This document shows positions 37,946-46,571 of a stretch of DNA of 64,000 bases, in pieces (position 1 is the first letter of the stretch; every line of letters starts with the position of its first letter). A model generated the notes under the pieces. It did not search any database and was not told the origin of the DNA. It was given only the letters and a program-made list of their open reading frames with translations. The stretch comes from Prevotella sp. (GTDB taxonomy: Bacteria > Bacteroidota > Bacteroidia > Bacteroidales > Bacteroidaceae): the NCBI GenBank assembly GCA_017615355.1, contig JAGAAJ010000002.1, forward strand, positions 1,646-65,645, read 5' to 3'. The position numbers were made by a program, and so were the translations under genes.

Positions 37946-38264
37946 CTACGTTACCTCTATGTTACCTCTCAAAACATGACCTAACCTCGCAGAAATCCTT
38001 TGTATAAAGGTATTTTCAGAGACGATGTTAGGTCTTGACCTTTTTTTCGCAGGGATGCCGGAGACGGTGAGGACTGGCACCTGTCACGCCTCCTAATGAA
38101 TAACGACGATGAAGGTTCTGGGATGCCAGAGGCTGCACCTCGGGAAAAAAATAAATTCTTATTTATTTTGTTTTTCGCTCGGTTTGCACTAACTTTGCAA
38201 AAAAAAGAATGATACGATAATTGCATCAGACCAGCTATATCTTCTAAATTATATTCATAAAATA

Positions 38265-39197
38265 ATGAGAAAAAGTTTTCTGATGATGTTGGGGATGATA
38301 GCATCCCTGATGACTTGGAGTAGCACAAGCAACGCAAAGAGTAATCAACCTGCAGGTGGTTCTGACAATGTTCTGGGCGTGAAAGTGCCCAAGATAGAGG
38401 CGTTTGTGCGAGTGACTTCAGATGAAGGTGCAGACGTGTTCAGGTCTGCCAGTGCCAACAGCCCTTGGCTTGTAATTTGGTTGGGCGAGGATGAGGAAGA
38501 AGGTGAGGTGCAAGTGGATGTGACATGGTCTGATCAAGAAGTGCCCAGCGAGTGTAAGGCGGAAAAGTCTGTAGAGTATGCAGGAGAGACGCTTCTTCTG
38601 TTAGGTGAAGAGGGTGACTTCTGGAAGGTGAACATTTATAAGAGCTATGCGCCCGATTTGGAAGTTGGCTACATACGGAAATCCGATGCTGAGGTGGTGA
38701 AGTTTGAACCTCTCACGGCAGACATGGTCAAAGCCCCCAACCAATGGAAGCTGAGTCCGACCGTTGTGAAGACCGAAGGGAAATATGCCGGGCTTGTGAT
38801 GGATATTGGCTCAGATGAAGCATGGGGTGAGGAATGGATTGATGTGGGTGTATTCGTTGAAGGCATGATTGTGTCACCAGAATCCAGCGTGGTGACATTG
38901 ATGCGTAATGATGACTTGAAGGAGATGGAGTGTGTGTTTGACAAGGAAAGCGGCAATGTTCTGATGCGTTATCCTGAGTCTATGTTGATGGACGATGAAG
39001 ATGGTTATGGGAGCTGGTTTGATCCAGCCAAGTTGACCGACAAGCAGATTGGTCAGATGCTGAAGCTATTGAGTCAAAAGGAAAAATCCGAACGGGTGAG
39101 ATGCGAATGTCGAATCCCGATGGGTGATAGCTCTCGAAAAACGTTTTACTTGAAAAAGATGCCAAAGGGACGGGTGAGTGACATCATATATGAATGA
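38265..39197 (+). CDS. hypothetical exported acidic protein (possible SH3-like domain)
   Basis: Signal peptide; GEEGDFWKV...GYIRK resembles SH3b; the C-terminus is encoded by direct repeat 3. Confidence 0.7.
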   Translation: MRKSFLMMLGMIASLMTWSSTSNAKSNQPAGGSDNVLGVKVPKIEAFVRVTSDEGADVFRSASANSPWLVIWLGEDEEEGEVQVDVTWSDQEVPSECKAEKSVEYAGETLLLLGEEGDFWKVNIYKSYAPDLEVGYIRKSDAEVVKFEPLTADMVKAPNQWKLSPTVVKTEGKYAGLVMDIGSDEAWGEEWIDVGVFVEGMIVSPESSVVTLMRNDDLKEMECVFDKESGNVLMRYPESMLMDDEDGYGSWFDPAKLTDKQIGQMLKLLSQKEKSERVRCECRIPMGDSSRKTFYLKKMPKGRVSDIIYE

Positions 39198-39205
39198 TGT
39201 GAGGT
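39157..39205 (+). repeat. island direct repeat, copy 3
   Basis: AGATGCCAAAGGGACGGGTGAGTGACATcatatatgaatgatgtgaggt. Confidence 0.9.
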
Positions 39206-39220
39206 GTTAAAAAAAACTAC

Positions 39221-39277
39221 GGTACACAAGTTTGTGGACCACAAGTTTGTGTACCATATTTTTTTTTTCTATCTTTG
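39221..39277 (+). promoter_or_regulatory. palindromic operator overlapping the promoter of the ATPase gene
   Basis: GGTACACAAGTTTGTGGACCACAAGTTTGTGTACC; TTTG (39246-39249), 20 nt, TATCTTTG (39270-39277). Confidence 0.65.
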
Positions 39278-39308
39278 CAACCGAATAAACCTATATATAG
39301 AGGCAATT

Positions 39309-40427
39309 ATGGATAGAGCATTTGTATACGGAATGTCTGTAGAGGGCGATAATTTTACGGACAGGTTGAAAGAAACAAAGCGATTGAAGCTGGATTTCGA
39401 GAACGGCATCAACGTCATCCTCATTTCTCCACGTCGAATGGGTAAGAGTTCCATCGTAAAAAAGGTGAAGTCAGAGATGAATCGTCCTGACATCAAGGTG
39501 GTGTTTATGGATATCTACGATTGTCGCAGCGAATACGACTTCTACAATCGTTTTGCCTCCGTTGTCATCAAAGAAACTGCGACCAAGACGGAACAGATAC
39601 TGGATAACATCAAGCGATTTCTGGTCAGGCTGACGCCGAAGATCGCTTTCTCACCAGAACCCATGTCGGAGATATCGTTGTCGTTAGGTATCACGCCTCA
39701 GAATTATCAGCCTGAGGAAATTTTGCAACTTCCAGAGATCATTGCTCAGGAGCAGGGTGTGCATCTTGTTGTCTGCATCGATGAATTCCAGCAGATAGGC
39801 GAGTTCAGCAATTCGCTGTCCGTTCAGAAACGGCTTCGTGGCGTTTGGCAACACCAGCGCAACGTCTCGTATTGTCTTTTCGGCAGCAAGAAGCACCTGA
39901 TGACGAAGCAGTTCCAAAACCGCAAGATGCCCTTCTATCAGTTTGGTGAGACAATGTTCCTAGACAAGATTCCAACGGCTGACTGGATAGCTTATATCTG
40001 CTCACGTTTTGAGAAGCATGGTAAGCACATCTCAGAAGCATTGGCGCAGAAAATATGTGAAACGGTAGATAACAACTCCTCTTATGTCCAACAGCTGGCG
40101 TGGAATGTCTTTGCCGAAACAGACAAAGAAGCCACCACAGAGGATTTCGAAAATGGCGTGCAGGCGCTGATGGCTCAGTGTTCCGGTTTGTTCGAACAGC
40201 AGACACAAGGGCTAACCTCCTATCAGCTGAATTTTATCCGTGCCATCTGCGACGGTGTACATACAGACTTCGGCAGCAGGGCCGTCTTAGAGAATTACAA
40301 CCTTGGTACAAAATCGAATATCTCACGTATCAAGACAGCCCTCCGCGACCGTGAGCTGATAGACATCACCAAAGAAGGAGTCTTTCTCGAAGATCCCATT
40401 TTCAGGATGTGGATAAAGGGAAGATAA
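39309..40427 (+). CDS. P-loop ATPase (archaeal-ATPase/AAA type) with a probable C-terminal wHTH
   Basis: FTDR..E, SPRRMGKSS, CIDEFQ, FGSKKH, DPIFRMW. Confidence 0.85.
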   Translation: MDRAFVYGMSVEGDNFTDRLKETKRLKLDFENGINVILISPRRMGKSSIVKKVKSEMNRPDIKVVFMDIYDCRSEYDFYNRFASVVIKETATKTEQILDNIKRFLVRLTPKIAFSPEPMSEISLSLGITPQNYQPEEILQLPEIIAQEQGVHLVVCIDEFQQIGEFSNSLSVQKRLRGVWQHQRNVSYCLFGSKKHLMTKQFQNRKMPFYQFGETMFLDKIPTADWIAYICSRFEKHGKHISEALAQKICETVDNNSSYVQQLAWNVFAETDKEATTEDFENGVQALMAQCSGLFEQQTQGLTSYQLNFIRAICDGVHTDFGSRAVLENYNLGTKSNISRIKTALRDRELIDITKEGVFLEDPIFRMWIKGR

Positions 40428-40460
40428 ACGGAAGATTAACAACCAAATTAAGATAAGACG

Positions 40461-41198
40461 ATGAAGAATATTGTGATTGCAGCAGGCTATGCCACAAGAT
40501 TGGGGGAGCTGACAAAGAACTTCCCGAAGCCGTTGTTGAAGATAGGAGAGAATACGATCCTTGGGCGTATGCTCGATGATATTGACAGGATTCCTGAGAT
40601 TGACGAGCATATTGTCATTACCAACCATAAGTTTGCACCCATCTTCGAAGAGTGGAAGAAGGGACTGAGCTATCAGAAGCCTGTCACCATCGTGGATGAC
40701 GGCACCGAGACCAACGACACCCGTCTGGGTGCTGTGTGCGATTTGCTCTTTGCTATGGAGAAGTTGGGCATCGATGACGATATGCTGGTGGTGGCAGCCG
40801 ACAATCTGCTGTTCTTCTCGTTTCAGGAGTTTGTGGACTTTGCCCATGCCAAGAACACATCGTGCATCATGTGCCACGAGCAGCCCAGCATCGAGAAGCT
40901 GCAGCGCACAGGCGTGATTGTGGTAGACGACGAGATGAAGGTGCTGAACATGGAGGAGAAGCCGCAGGAGCCGAAGAGCCATTGGGCCGTGCCGCCGTTC
41001 TATATCTACAGAAAGGAGGATCTTGACCTGGTGCGACACTCTGTAGAGAACGGCTGTGGCAAGGATGCGCCAGGCAATCTGGCCCACTATATGGTGGAAC
41101 ACACTACGATGCACGCCTGGCCTATGTCGGCAGGCCGCTTCGACATTGGTAGCCTGGACACCTACTACGAGGCTATTGAGAAGTACGGATCTTCCTGA
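40461..41198 (+). CDS. sugar-phosphate nucleotidyltransferase
   Basis: AAGYATRL, PKPLL, AADNL, EEKP, FDIG. Confidence 0.88.
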   Translation: MKNIVIAAGYATRLGELTKNFPKPLLKIGENTILGRMLDDIDRIPEIDEHIVITNHKFAPIFEEWKKGLSYQKPVTIVDDGTETNDTRLGAVCDLLFAMEKLGIDDDMLVVAADNLLFFSFQEFVDFAHAKNTSCIMCHEQPSIEKLQRTGVIVVDDEMKVLNMEEKPQEPKSHWAVPPFYIYRKEDLDLVRHSVENGCGKDAPGNLAHYMVEHTTMHAWPMSAGRFDIGSLDTYYEAIEKYGSS

Positions 41199-43683
41199 AT
41201 GTGCCGTCGCTGTAGCGCACAATGATAATACTGTTGGCGGGTGGTACCTCGATACGCTCGCCTTTCAACGTGTAATAACCTACGATGTGCTTGTCGGCAT
41301 TGGTTGTAGGCATTATGATGCCAATGAGGTCGTATCCCAGCTGATGGTCCATCCACGCCAGTCGTCTGCTAATCCATTTCTTGATATAGTAGATTTCCTT
41401 GTCGTAGGTGTTTACCGTGCGCCAGTTGGGAACAGGCAATTTGATGCCCCAGGTAGGCCAAGTGGTGAAGTTACGCTGTAGGGCACCTTTTTCCTCTAAG
41501 TGATTGGCAAGCGAATCGATGACTTCAAAAACGTGTTGGTTGCTGTAGAAACCCTCGCGGTATTGTGCCCAGCGTTGTTTTAGCTGTGTGACGTAGGCTG
41601 TGTCCTCCATCAACCGCATCCACCAGAAAGGCACCTTGTTGATGCAGTTGAAATCGGTGAAATAGCTGTTCTGATAGCGCCAGAAGTCTGTCCGCGTGCC
41701 TCCTGTGCTGCCGGTATTGCCAAAGGCAAGGTTAAAATCCCAGATGGCTGTCTTGAATCGCGGATTATCTGAGTCACGGTGTTTATAGATAGTGGTGCTG
41801 AGACGATAGCCATCGACGTTGCCTGATACCTCCTGCGACAGTTGCTGGTCGATGAACGACATAACGTCGATATGTTGCCGGTAGCCAGTCTCGGGATCAG
41901 CGAACAGAGGCGACGCCAACGCATCTTCCATCGCGTCAATACGATGGTGGATATAGTCGAGCTGTGCCTGCGTCATCTCGTCGTATTCAGGATGCTTGTA
42001 TTGCAGGTAAATCTTGTTGAAATAGGGATATGTATGTCCGAGGCTGTCTTGTGCAGGATATTTTAAGGTGTAGTAATGTTCTTCATCGTTGCGGTCGATC
42101 TGCAGCTGATAGCCGCCAGTCAAGGCATCGCCACTTTCACCTGGGTCTTCAAGATTCAGGCGATACTGGCTCTTGCGTATGTTCTCGGCGAGGACATAGA
42201 TGCCGTAGTAGATGCCGTCGATGATGACTTCGCAATGGCGCACCCGTGGCGTGTAGTCGAAGTAAGGACGGGCCAACTGGAACATCAGCACGTCGCGTAG
42301 CTGACTGCGGTCGATGTAGGGAGCAATGAGCACCCAGCTGTTGTCCTTGGGCATACCCAAAAGTGCCGCCTTTCGTTTTTCGCCCTCTGGATCGGCGGTT
42401 TTCATCGTCTTGATGCTGAAGGGCTTTTTGGGCGACGAGGTGAATGAGGAGTTGCCTCTGTAGCGAATGGCTATCCATCCGTCGTAGTCTGCCGTCTGGC
42501 CTGGATGAGATATGGTGTCGCCATAGTTGATGCCATCGGCATTGTTGATGATCTTCATCCGTGCAGCCACGCGCCAGTCCTTGTGAATCACCGTCGTCTC
42601 CTCATTGCCGTAGCGTGTGTCGATGAAGATGATGGGCAGGTTGGTCTCGTCGATCTTCACCGTGTCTATTTCCGGCTTGTAGTTATCAGGGTCGTAGCTG
42701 TCGGCCATAGCTGGCAGGGAGAAGAAGGCCGGTATGATGAACGCAATCCAATAGCGGACGGTTCTCAGCAGCGCCCTGACCGCTTTCCCGATAGCCATCG
42801 TGACGTAGACGATGGCCAGAGTGAGGGGGATGGTGACGAGCAGCTCCGTAGCAATGGACGATGTCTGTAGGAAGGAGAGGTCGATAAAACGTATGAAGAA
42901 ATAATGGTAGATGTAGATGTCGAGTGTGCTTTTTCCTATGAGCGACAGCTGGCGGTCAACAAAGGTATGGCTGCCGTCAAAGAGACGGAAAAGGACGAAT
43001 AGTGCGGCAATAGCCGTGAAAGCGATGAGATATTCCTGATAGAGTGGCAGGCTGTCCAGGCGGCTGAAGCTGACGATGACGAGTGTCAGATAGCACACAG
43101 GGAGCAGAATGGTGAGCCACGTCTTGCCATAGGCAAATTTTTCCAACGCATACTTACGGCAGAGGTGGCCAGCAATGAAGTAAGGCCAGAAAGTGACGAC
43201 ACCGCCAAGACTGAGCGGCTCGCACTGCTCACCGAAATACCTCAAAGCGATGCGAAGCAACACCCAGATGACGGCTGCCAGCAGGATGTCGGCAAAAAAT
43301 ACGGACTTGCGCCTGATCAGCAAAAAGGGTGAGAGAAGCAGGTAGAAAAGGGTGAGCGTGAGCAGATACCAATAGCCGTTATGGCCGCTTTCAACGAAAA
43401 ACTCCAGCACTTTCCCAATGAGCACGGCATTGATGCCTCCCACTACCAGCATGGGCAGCATGAGGCGATATACCCTTTCCGCCAACTTCCGCCCTGACGG
43501 CGGCTCCTTGATGACAAAACCCGACAGAAAGAAGAACAGCGGGACATGGAAGGTACAGATGATGTTGAGTATGGCATCATCATGCACCGTCTCATGCCAC
43601 GTGCAGTAGTAGATGGTGTGGCCCATCACCACCAGCATCATGGCCAAAGCCTTCAGTTTGTCTATGTATGGCAGTCTTGTCAT
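41173..43683 (-). CDS. acyltransferase_3 (OafA-like) / CotH kinase fusion with a T9SS-like tail
   Basis: N-terminus IDKLKALAMMLVVMGH, FHVPLFFFLSG, YWYL; C-terminus RGNSS, YYGIYVLAE, WDFNLAFG; tail YYTLKGER...DGTFRKI. Confidence 0.8.
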   Translation of the reverse strand: MTRLPYIDKLKALAMMLVVMGHTIYYCTWHETVHDDAILNIICTFHVPLFFFLSGFVIKEPPSGRKLAERVYRLMLPMLVVGGINAVLIGKVLEFFVESGHNGYWYLLTLTLFYLLLSPFLLIRRKSVFFADILLAAVIWVLLRIALRYFGEQCEPLSLGGVVTFWPYFIAGHLCRKYALEKFAYGKTWLTILLPVCYLTLVIVSFSRLDSLPLYQEYLIAFTAIAALFVLFRLFDGSHTFVDRQLSLIGKSTLDIYIYHYFFIRFIDLSFLQTSSIATELLVTIPLTLAIVYVTMAIGKAVRALLRTVRYWIAFIIPAFFSLPAMADSYDPDNYKPEIDTVKIDETNLPIIFIDTRYGNEETTVIHKDWRVAARMKIINNADGINYGDTISHPGQTADYDGWIAIRYRGNSSFTSSPKKPFSIKTMKTADPEGEKRKAALLGMPKDNSWVLIAPYIDRSQLRDVLMFQLARPYFDYTPRVRHCEVIIDGIYYGIYVLAENIRKSQYRLNLEDPGESGDALTGGYQLQIDRNDEEHYYTLKYPAQDSLGHTYPYFNKIYLQYKHPEYDEMTQAQLDYIHHRIDAMEDALASPLFADPETGYRQHIDVMSFIDQQLSQEVSGNVDGYRLSTTIYKHRDSDNPRFKTAIWDFNLAFGNTGSTGGTRTDFWRYQNSYFTDFNCINKVPFWWMRLMEDTAYVTQLKQRWAQYREGFYSNQHVFEVIDSLANHLEEKGALQRNFTTWPTWGIKLPVPNWRTVNTYDKEIYYIKKWISRRLAWMDHQLGYDLIGIIMPTTNADKHIVGYYTLKGERIEVPPANSIIIVRYSDGTFRKIRTSQ

Positions 43684-43712
43684 GTTGATCTTTGCAGAAG
43701 CCGATGTTGTTC

Positions 43713-45149
43713 TCAGTGAAGGACATTGATGCCAGCCTTCTTTAGGACGGCGGGCTTAGCGGTGCGCCTGCCCAGTAAGTCATAGTAGCGCTGTCTTTTG
43801 TTGCCGTTGTCAACAACCGGTAGTATAGCGGATGTGCCGACTGTGTCAATGCACTGTATCTGAGCGTCCATAAGGGACGGGTGCGTGCTAAACCATTGTA
43901 ATGCCTGTTGGGCAGAGTACTCCAAGGAGGGATAGGCATAGTTAAACCTGCGGTTGTAAAGCAGCCGTGACGCATCCAAGGCTTTGGCCTCGTCGGATGC
44001 CATATACGCATGGATGAAGGAGGTGATAGTATCCGTAAGACCGCTCTTCAGATCGTTCCAGAGCGTCACATAGGCCTTGGCAAAAGTTTTGTTGCTGCTT
44101 TTCAGCAGCGTGCTGAAATAGGCGTTGGCTGAAATGTGCAGGCGTGAGAACGAGTCAGGCTTCATTTCATAGCTGGAATCGAAATCCCAAAGGCACGGCA
44201 TGGCCAGCAATGTGCTGTCGCTCTCGTCGTACTTCTTCACATACATATTGCTGCCGCCCGAGTCCCTGGTGCCCAAGATGTCATGGGCCAGCAGCCACTT
44301 GGCATACGAGTCGACATCGATGTGTCTCTCGTAAGGGCCTCCGGTCCTGATAGCCTGCTCAGCCAGATTGATGCACTGCTGTATGAAAAGTTCCTTCTCG
44401 GTGGTGATGTCTTCCTCGTCGGGGTATTTCCATGTCCAGCGGTAAGTGTTGGCGTTCTCATACCACGATGTGGCGAAATAATGCTCCTCCTTCCACCAGT
44501 AGGGGTCGCGCTCCACGATGTAGCCCTGTTGCTTGTCCACGCTGATGCGGCATTTGTTGTTGCGCTTGACGGTTTCCATCAGCAGGTAGCATCCTCTGTA
44601 GTCACCGTTGATGATGACATTGCACGGAGTATAGGAGGCCGTCCATTCCAAACCGACGAGCTGGCTGAGTCTTAGTCCCACGATGGTGTTGAGCGAGACG
44701 GCATCCTTCAGCAGGCGCCAGTGCTTGTCAGCATATTGTGCTTCCTGGGAACGGCATAGCAGGTCTGCAGCCTTCTCAAGCTTCAGCTTGTAGGGCATGT
44801 TCAGCACATTAGAGTAATAGGCAGAGGTGTTGCCGTTGATTCTTATGGTGGCGCCAGACGTACCCTCCTGATAGGCACCGCTGTTGTAGAGTGTGTCATG
44901 ATGGAGGGTAATGACAATCTGGCAAGGCACCTTGTTCGTATAGATATAGTTGAAATTGGTTCCGTTGGGATGGCTGACGGCCTTGCCTTGCGGCTCCTCG
45001 CCATTGACGGTGGTAATCTCAACGACGCGCAGGCCGGCCTGATGCACCTCGGCGGTGTCAACGATGGACTGGGCAACGGAGGAGGCACTCATTGTGACCA
45101 GGAGGATGACAATGAGGGCGTGTAGCCTGTTGTTGACGAGCGTGTACAT
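43713..45149 (-). CDS. CotH kinase family protein, secreted
   Basis: Signal peptide; INGNTS, PYKLKL, YRGCYLLME, LWDFD; tail YYDLLGRR. Confidence 0.82.
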   Translation of the reverse strand: MYTLVNNRLHALIVILLVTMSASSVAQSIVDTAEVHQAGLRVVEITTVNGEEPQGKAVSHPNGTNFNYIYTNKVPCQIVITLHHDTLYNSGAYQEGTSGATIRINGNTSAYYSNVLNMPYKLKLEKAADLLCRSQEAQYADKHWRLLKDAVSLNTIVGLRLSQLVGLEWTASYTPCNVIINGDYRGCYLLMETVKRNNKCRISVDKQQGYIVERDPYWWKEEHYFATSWYENANTYRWTWKYPDEEDITTEKELFIQQCINLAEQAIRTGGPYERHIDVDSYAKWLLAHDILGTRDSGGSNMYVKKYDESDSTLLAMPCLWDFDSSYEMKPDSFSRLHISANAYFSTLLKSSNKTFAKAYVTLWNDLKSGLTDTITSFIHAYMASDEAKALDASRLLYNRRFNYAYPSLEYSAQQALQWFSTHPSLMDAQIQCIDTVGTSAILPVVDNGNKRQRYYDLLGRRTAKPAVLKKAGINVLH

Positions 45150-45155
45150 GTTCAG

Positions 45156-46571
45156 TTATTTGGAAAGGACAATGAGCGGTTCGTTACTGTTTCCCACGAC
45201 CCACACAGCCTCGCTGCCGGCTTTAAGAGCGCTGTCGGCAAGACTCTTGACCTGCTGTGCGTCGTATTGTGACAGGTTGATCTCGCTGATGGATGTCTGC
45301 CAAGCGTAATGGCTGTAATGGCGGACTGAGAGTCCCCAGGCAAAGGCATCGACGGGGCGCACACAGAAGTTGGAGTATCGGGGCTCGTCAGGATTATCGA
45401 TGTTAATGCAGGTGACACGCTGTAGCGGACGGTCGGCCTTGCTGATAGCCAATAGTGCCATGCGCTTACTCAATAAACTAGACTGATTGGCGGCCTTGTA
45501 GTGATGAATATCCGTGAAGATAGCGGCAGCAAGATAGAGCGTAAAGCTCGCCATGAGCAACTTCTTGTTGCTGACTTGGCTCACGATGAAGGCAATGATC
45601 AGTGCCGCAATCGAGAGTGCTGCATAATTGTGCATGATACTGACCACAGTTATCAGATGAGGCGAAACGAGGATAAAGAAGCAAAGGATCAGCAACAGCA
45701 GCTGACGGGTCTTCAACAACTTATATTTGGTGGCCAACAAAAGGAGGAAAGGCAGCGACAGGAGTAGGGTAATAGCGGCAATGAACAGGTTGCGCGTGGG
45801 TGCATAGACAATGCTCATATAATCAACAGGCACCCATGTGTAGGCCATCAGCTGAACAAAGTCCTTCACGTGACTCAATAGCGTGGCATTGGTATATTCT
45901 TCAGCATACTCTATGCCTGATATGCCTGAGATATAGACGATGCCATAGATGAGGAAGTAAGCCAATGCAATGAGAAGGCCGTAGCCGATATGACGGAATG
46001 TCTGACGGAGGCTAACCTGTTGGAAGGCATAAGCAATCACAGGCGGAACGACGGCCCAAGCTAATCCGTTCTCCTTGGATAAGACGGCAATACCGACACA
46101 TAGTAGCCATTGCCATAGGCGACAGCCTTTTAGATAAAGCAGCAAAGCCAATAACCCCCAAAGTTGGGAGTATGTCTGATTGAAACCATCGCACGCCAGC
46201 GTAGCACCTAATGTTGCTGGTGAGAAGAAGAAAAAGAGTGTGGCAATGTTTGTTGCCAGAGAAGTGAATGACAGGCGCCTGCATATGGTAAAGACCAGCA
46301 GGGCTGAAAGCGTATGGCCCAGGATGATGATCACATGGTTGAGCACAGGGAAGAGTGCCGGCATCCAGCCCACTAAGTATCCCAAAAGGAAATCGAAGGG
46401 TCGTCGGAAGGCATCGGGCGGTATCGTACCAGCATCTGAAATCTGTGTGAACCAGGTAGACTGCAACGAGGTGTAGTCATCAAACGTGGGTCCGATGCTG
46501 CATATATACCAAAGGATGAAAGGCAGGCACACAGCAATCATCAATAGAGATATGTATGGCTTGCGATTCAT
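45156..46571 (-). CDS. polytopic membrane protein, GT-C/PMT-like
   Basis: Early TFDD motif, FRRPF, LSKE, about 11 TMs. Confidence 0.6.
   Translation of the reverse strand: MNRKPYISLLMIAVCLPFILWYICSIGPTFDDYTSLQSTWFTQISDAGTIPPDAFRRPFDFLLGYLVGWMPALFPVLNHVIIILGHTLSALLVFTICRRLSFTSLATNIATLFFFFSPATLGATLACDGFNQTYSQLWGLLALLLYLKGCRLWQWLLCVGIAVLSKENGLAWAVVPPVIAYAFQQVSLRQTFRHIGYGLLIALAYFLIYGIVYISGISGIEYAEEYTNATLLSHVKDFVQLMAYTWVPVDYMSIVYAPTRNLFIAAITLLLSLPFLLLLATKYKLLKTRQLLLLILCFFILVSPHLITVVSIMHNYAALSIAALIIAFIVSQVSNKKLLMASFTLYLAAAIFTDIHHYKAANQSSLLSKRMALLAISKADRPLQRVTCINIDNPDEPRYSNFCVRPVDAFAWGLSVRHYSHYAWQTSISEINLSQYDAQQVKSLADSALKAGSEAVWVVGNSNEPLIVLSK

Noticed and set aside
33684-39205. 28-bp direct repeats as a CRISPR array
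   Set aside because: The intervals are about 4.2 kb and 1.2 kb and contain genes; no cas genes are present
39259-39268. Poly-T tract as a phase-variation switch
   Set aside because: It lies in a promoter spacer, but such tracts are common in Bacteroidota promoters and a single sequence gives no evidence of length variation
33100-40430. Island as a prophage, ICE or IS
   Set aside because: No integrase, transposase, relaxase or phage structural genes in the window
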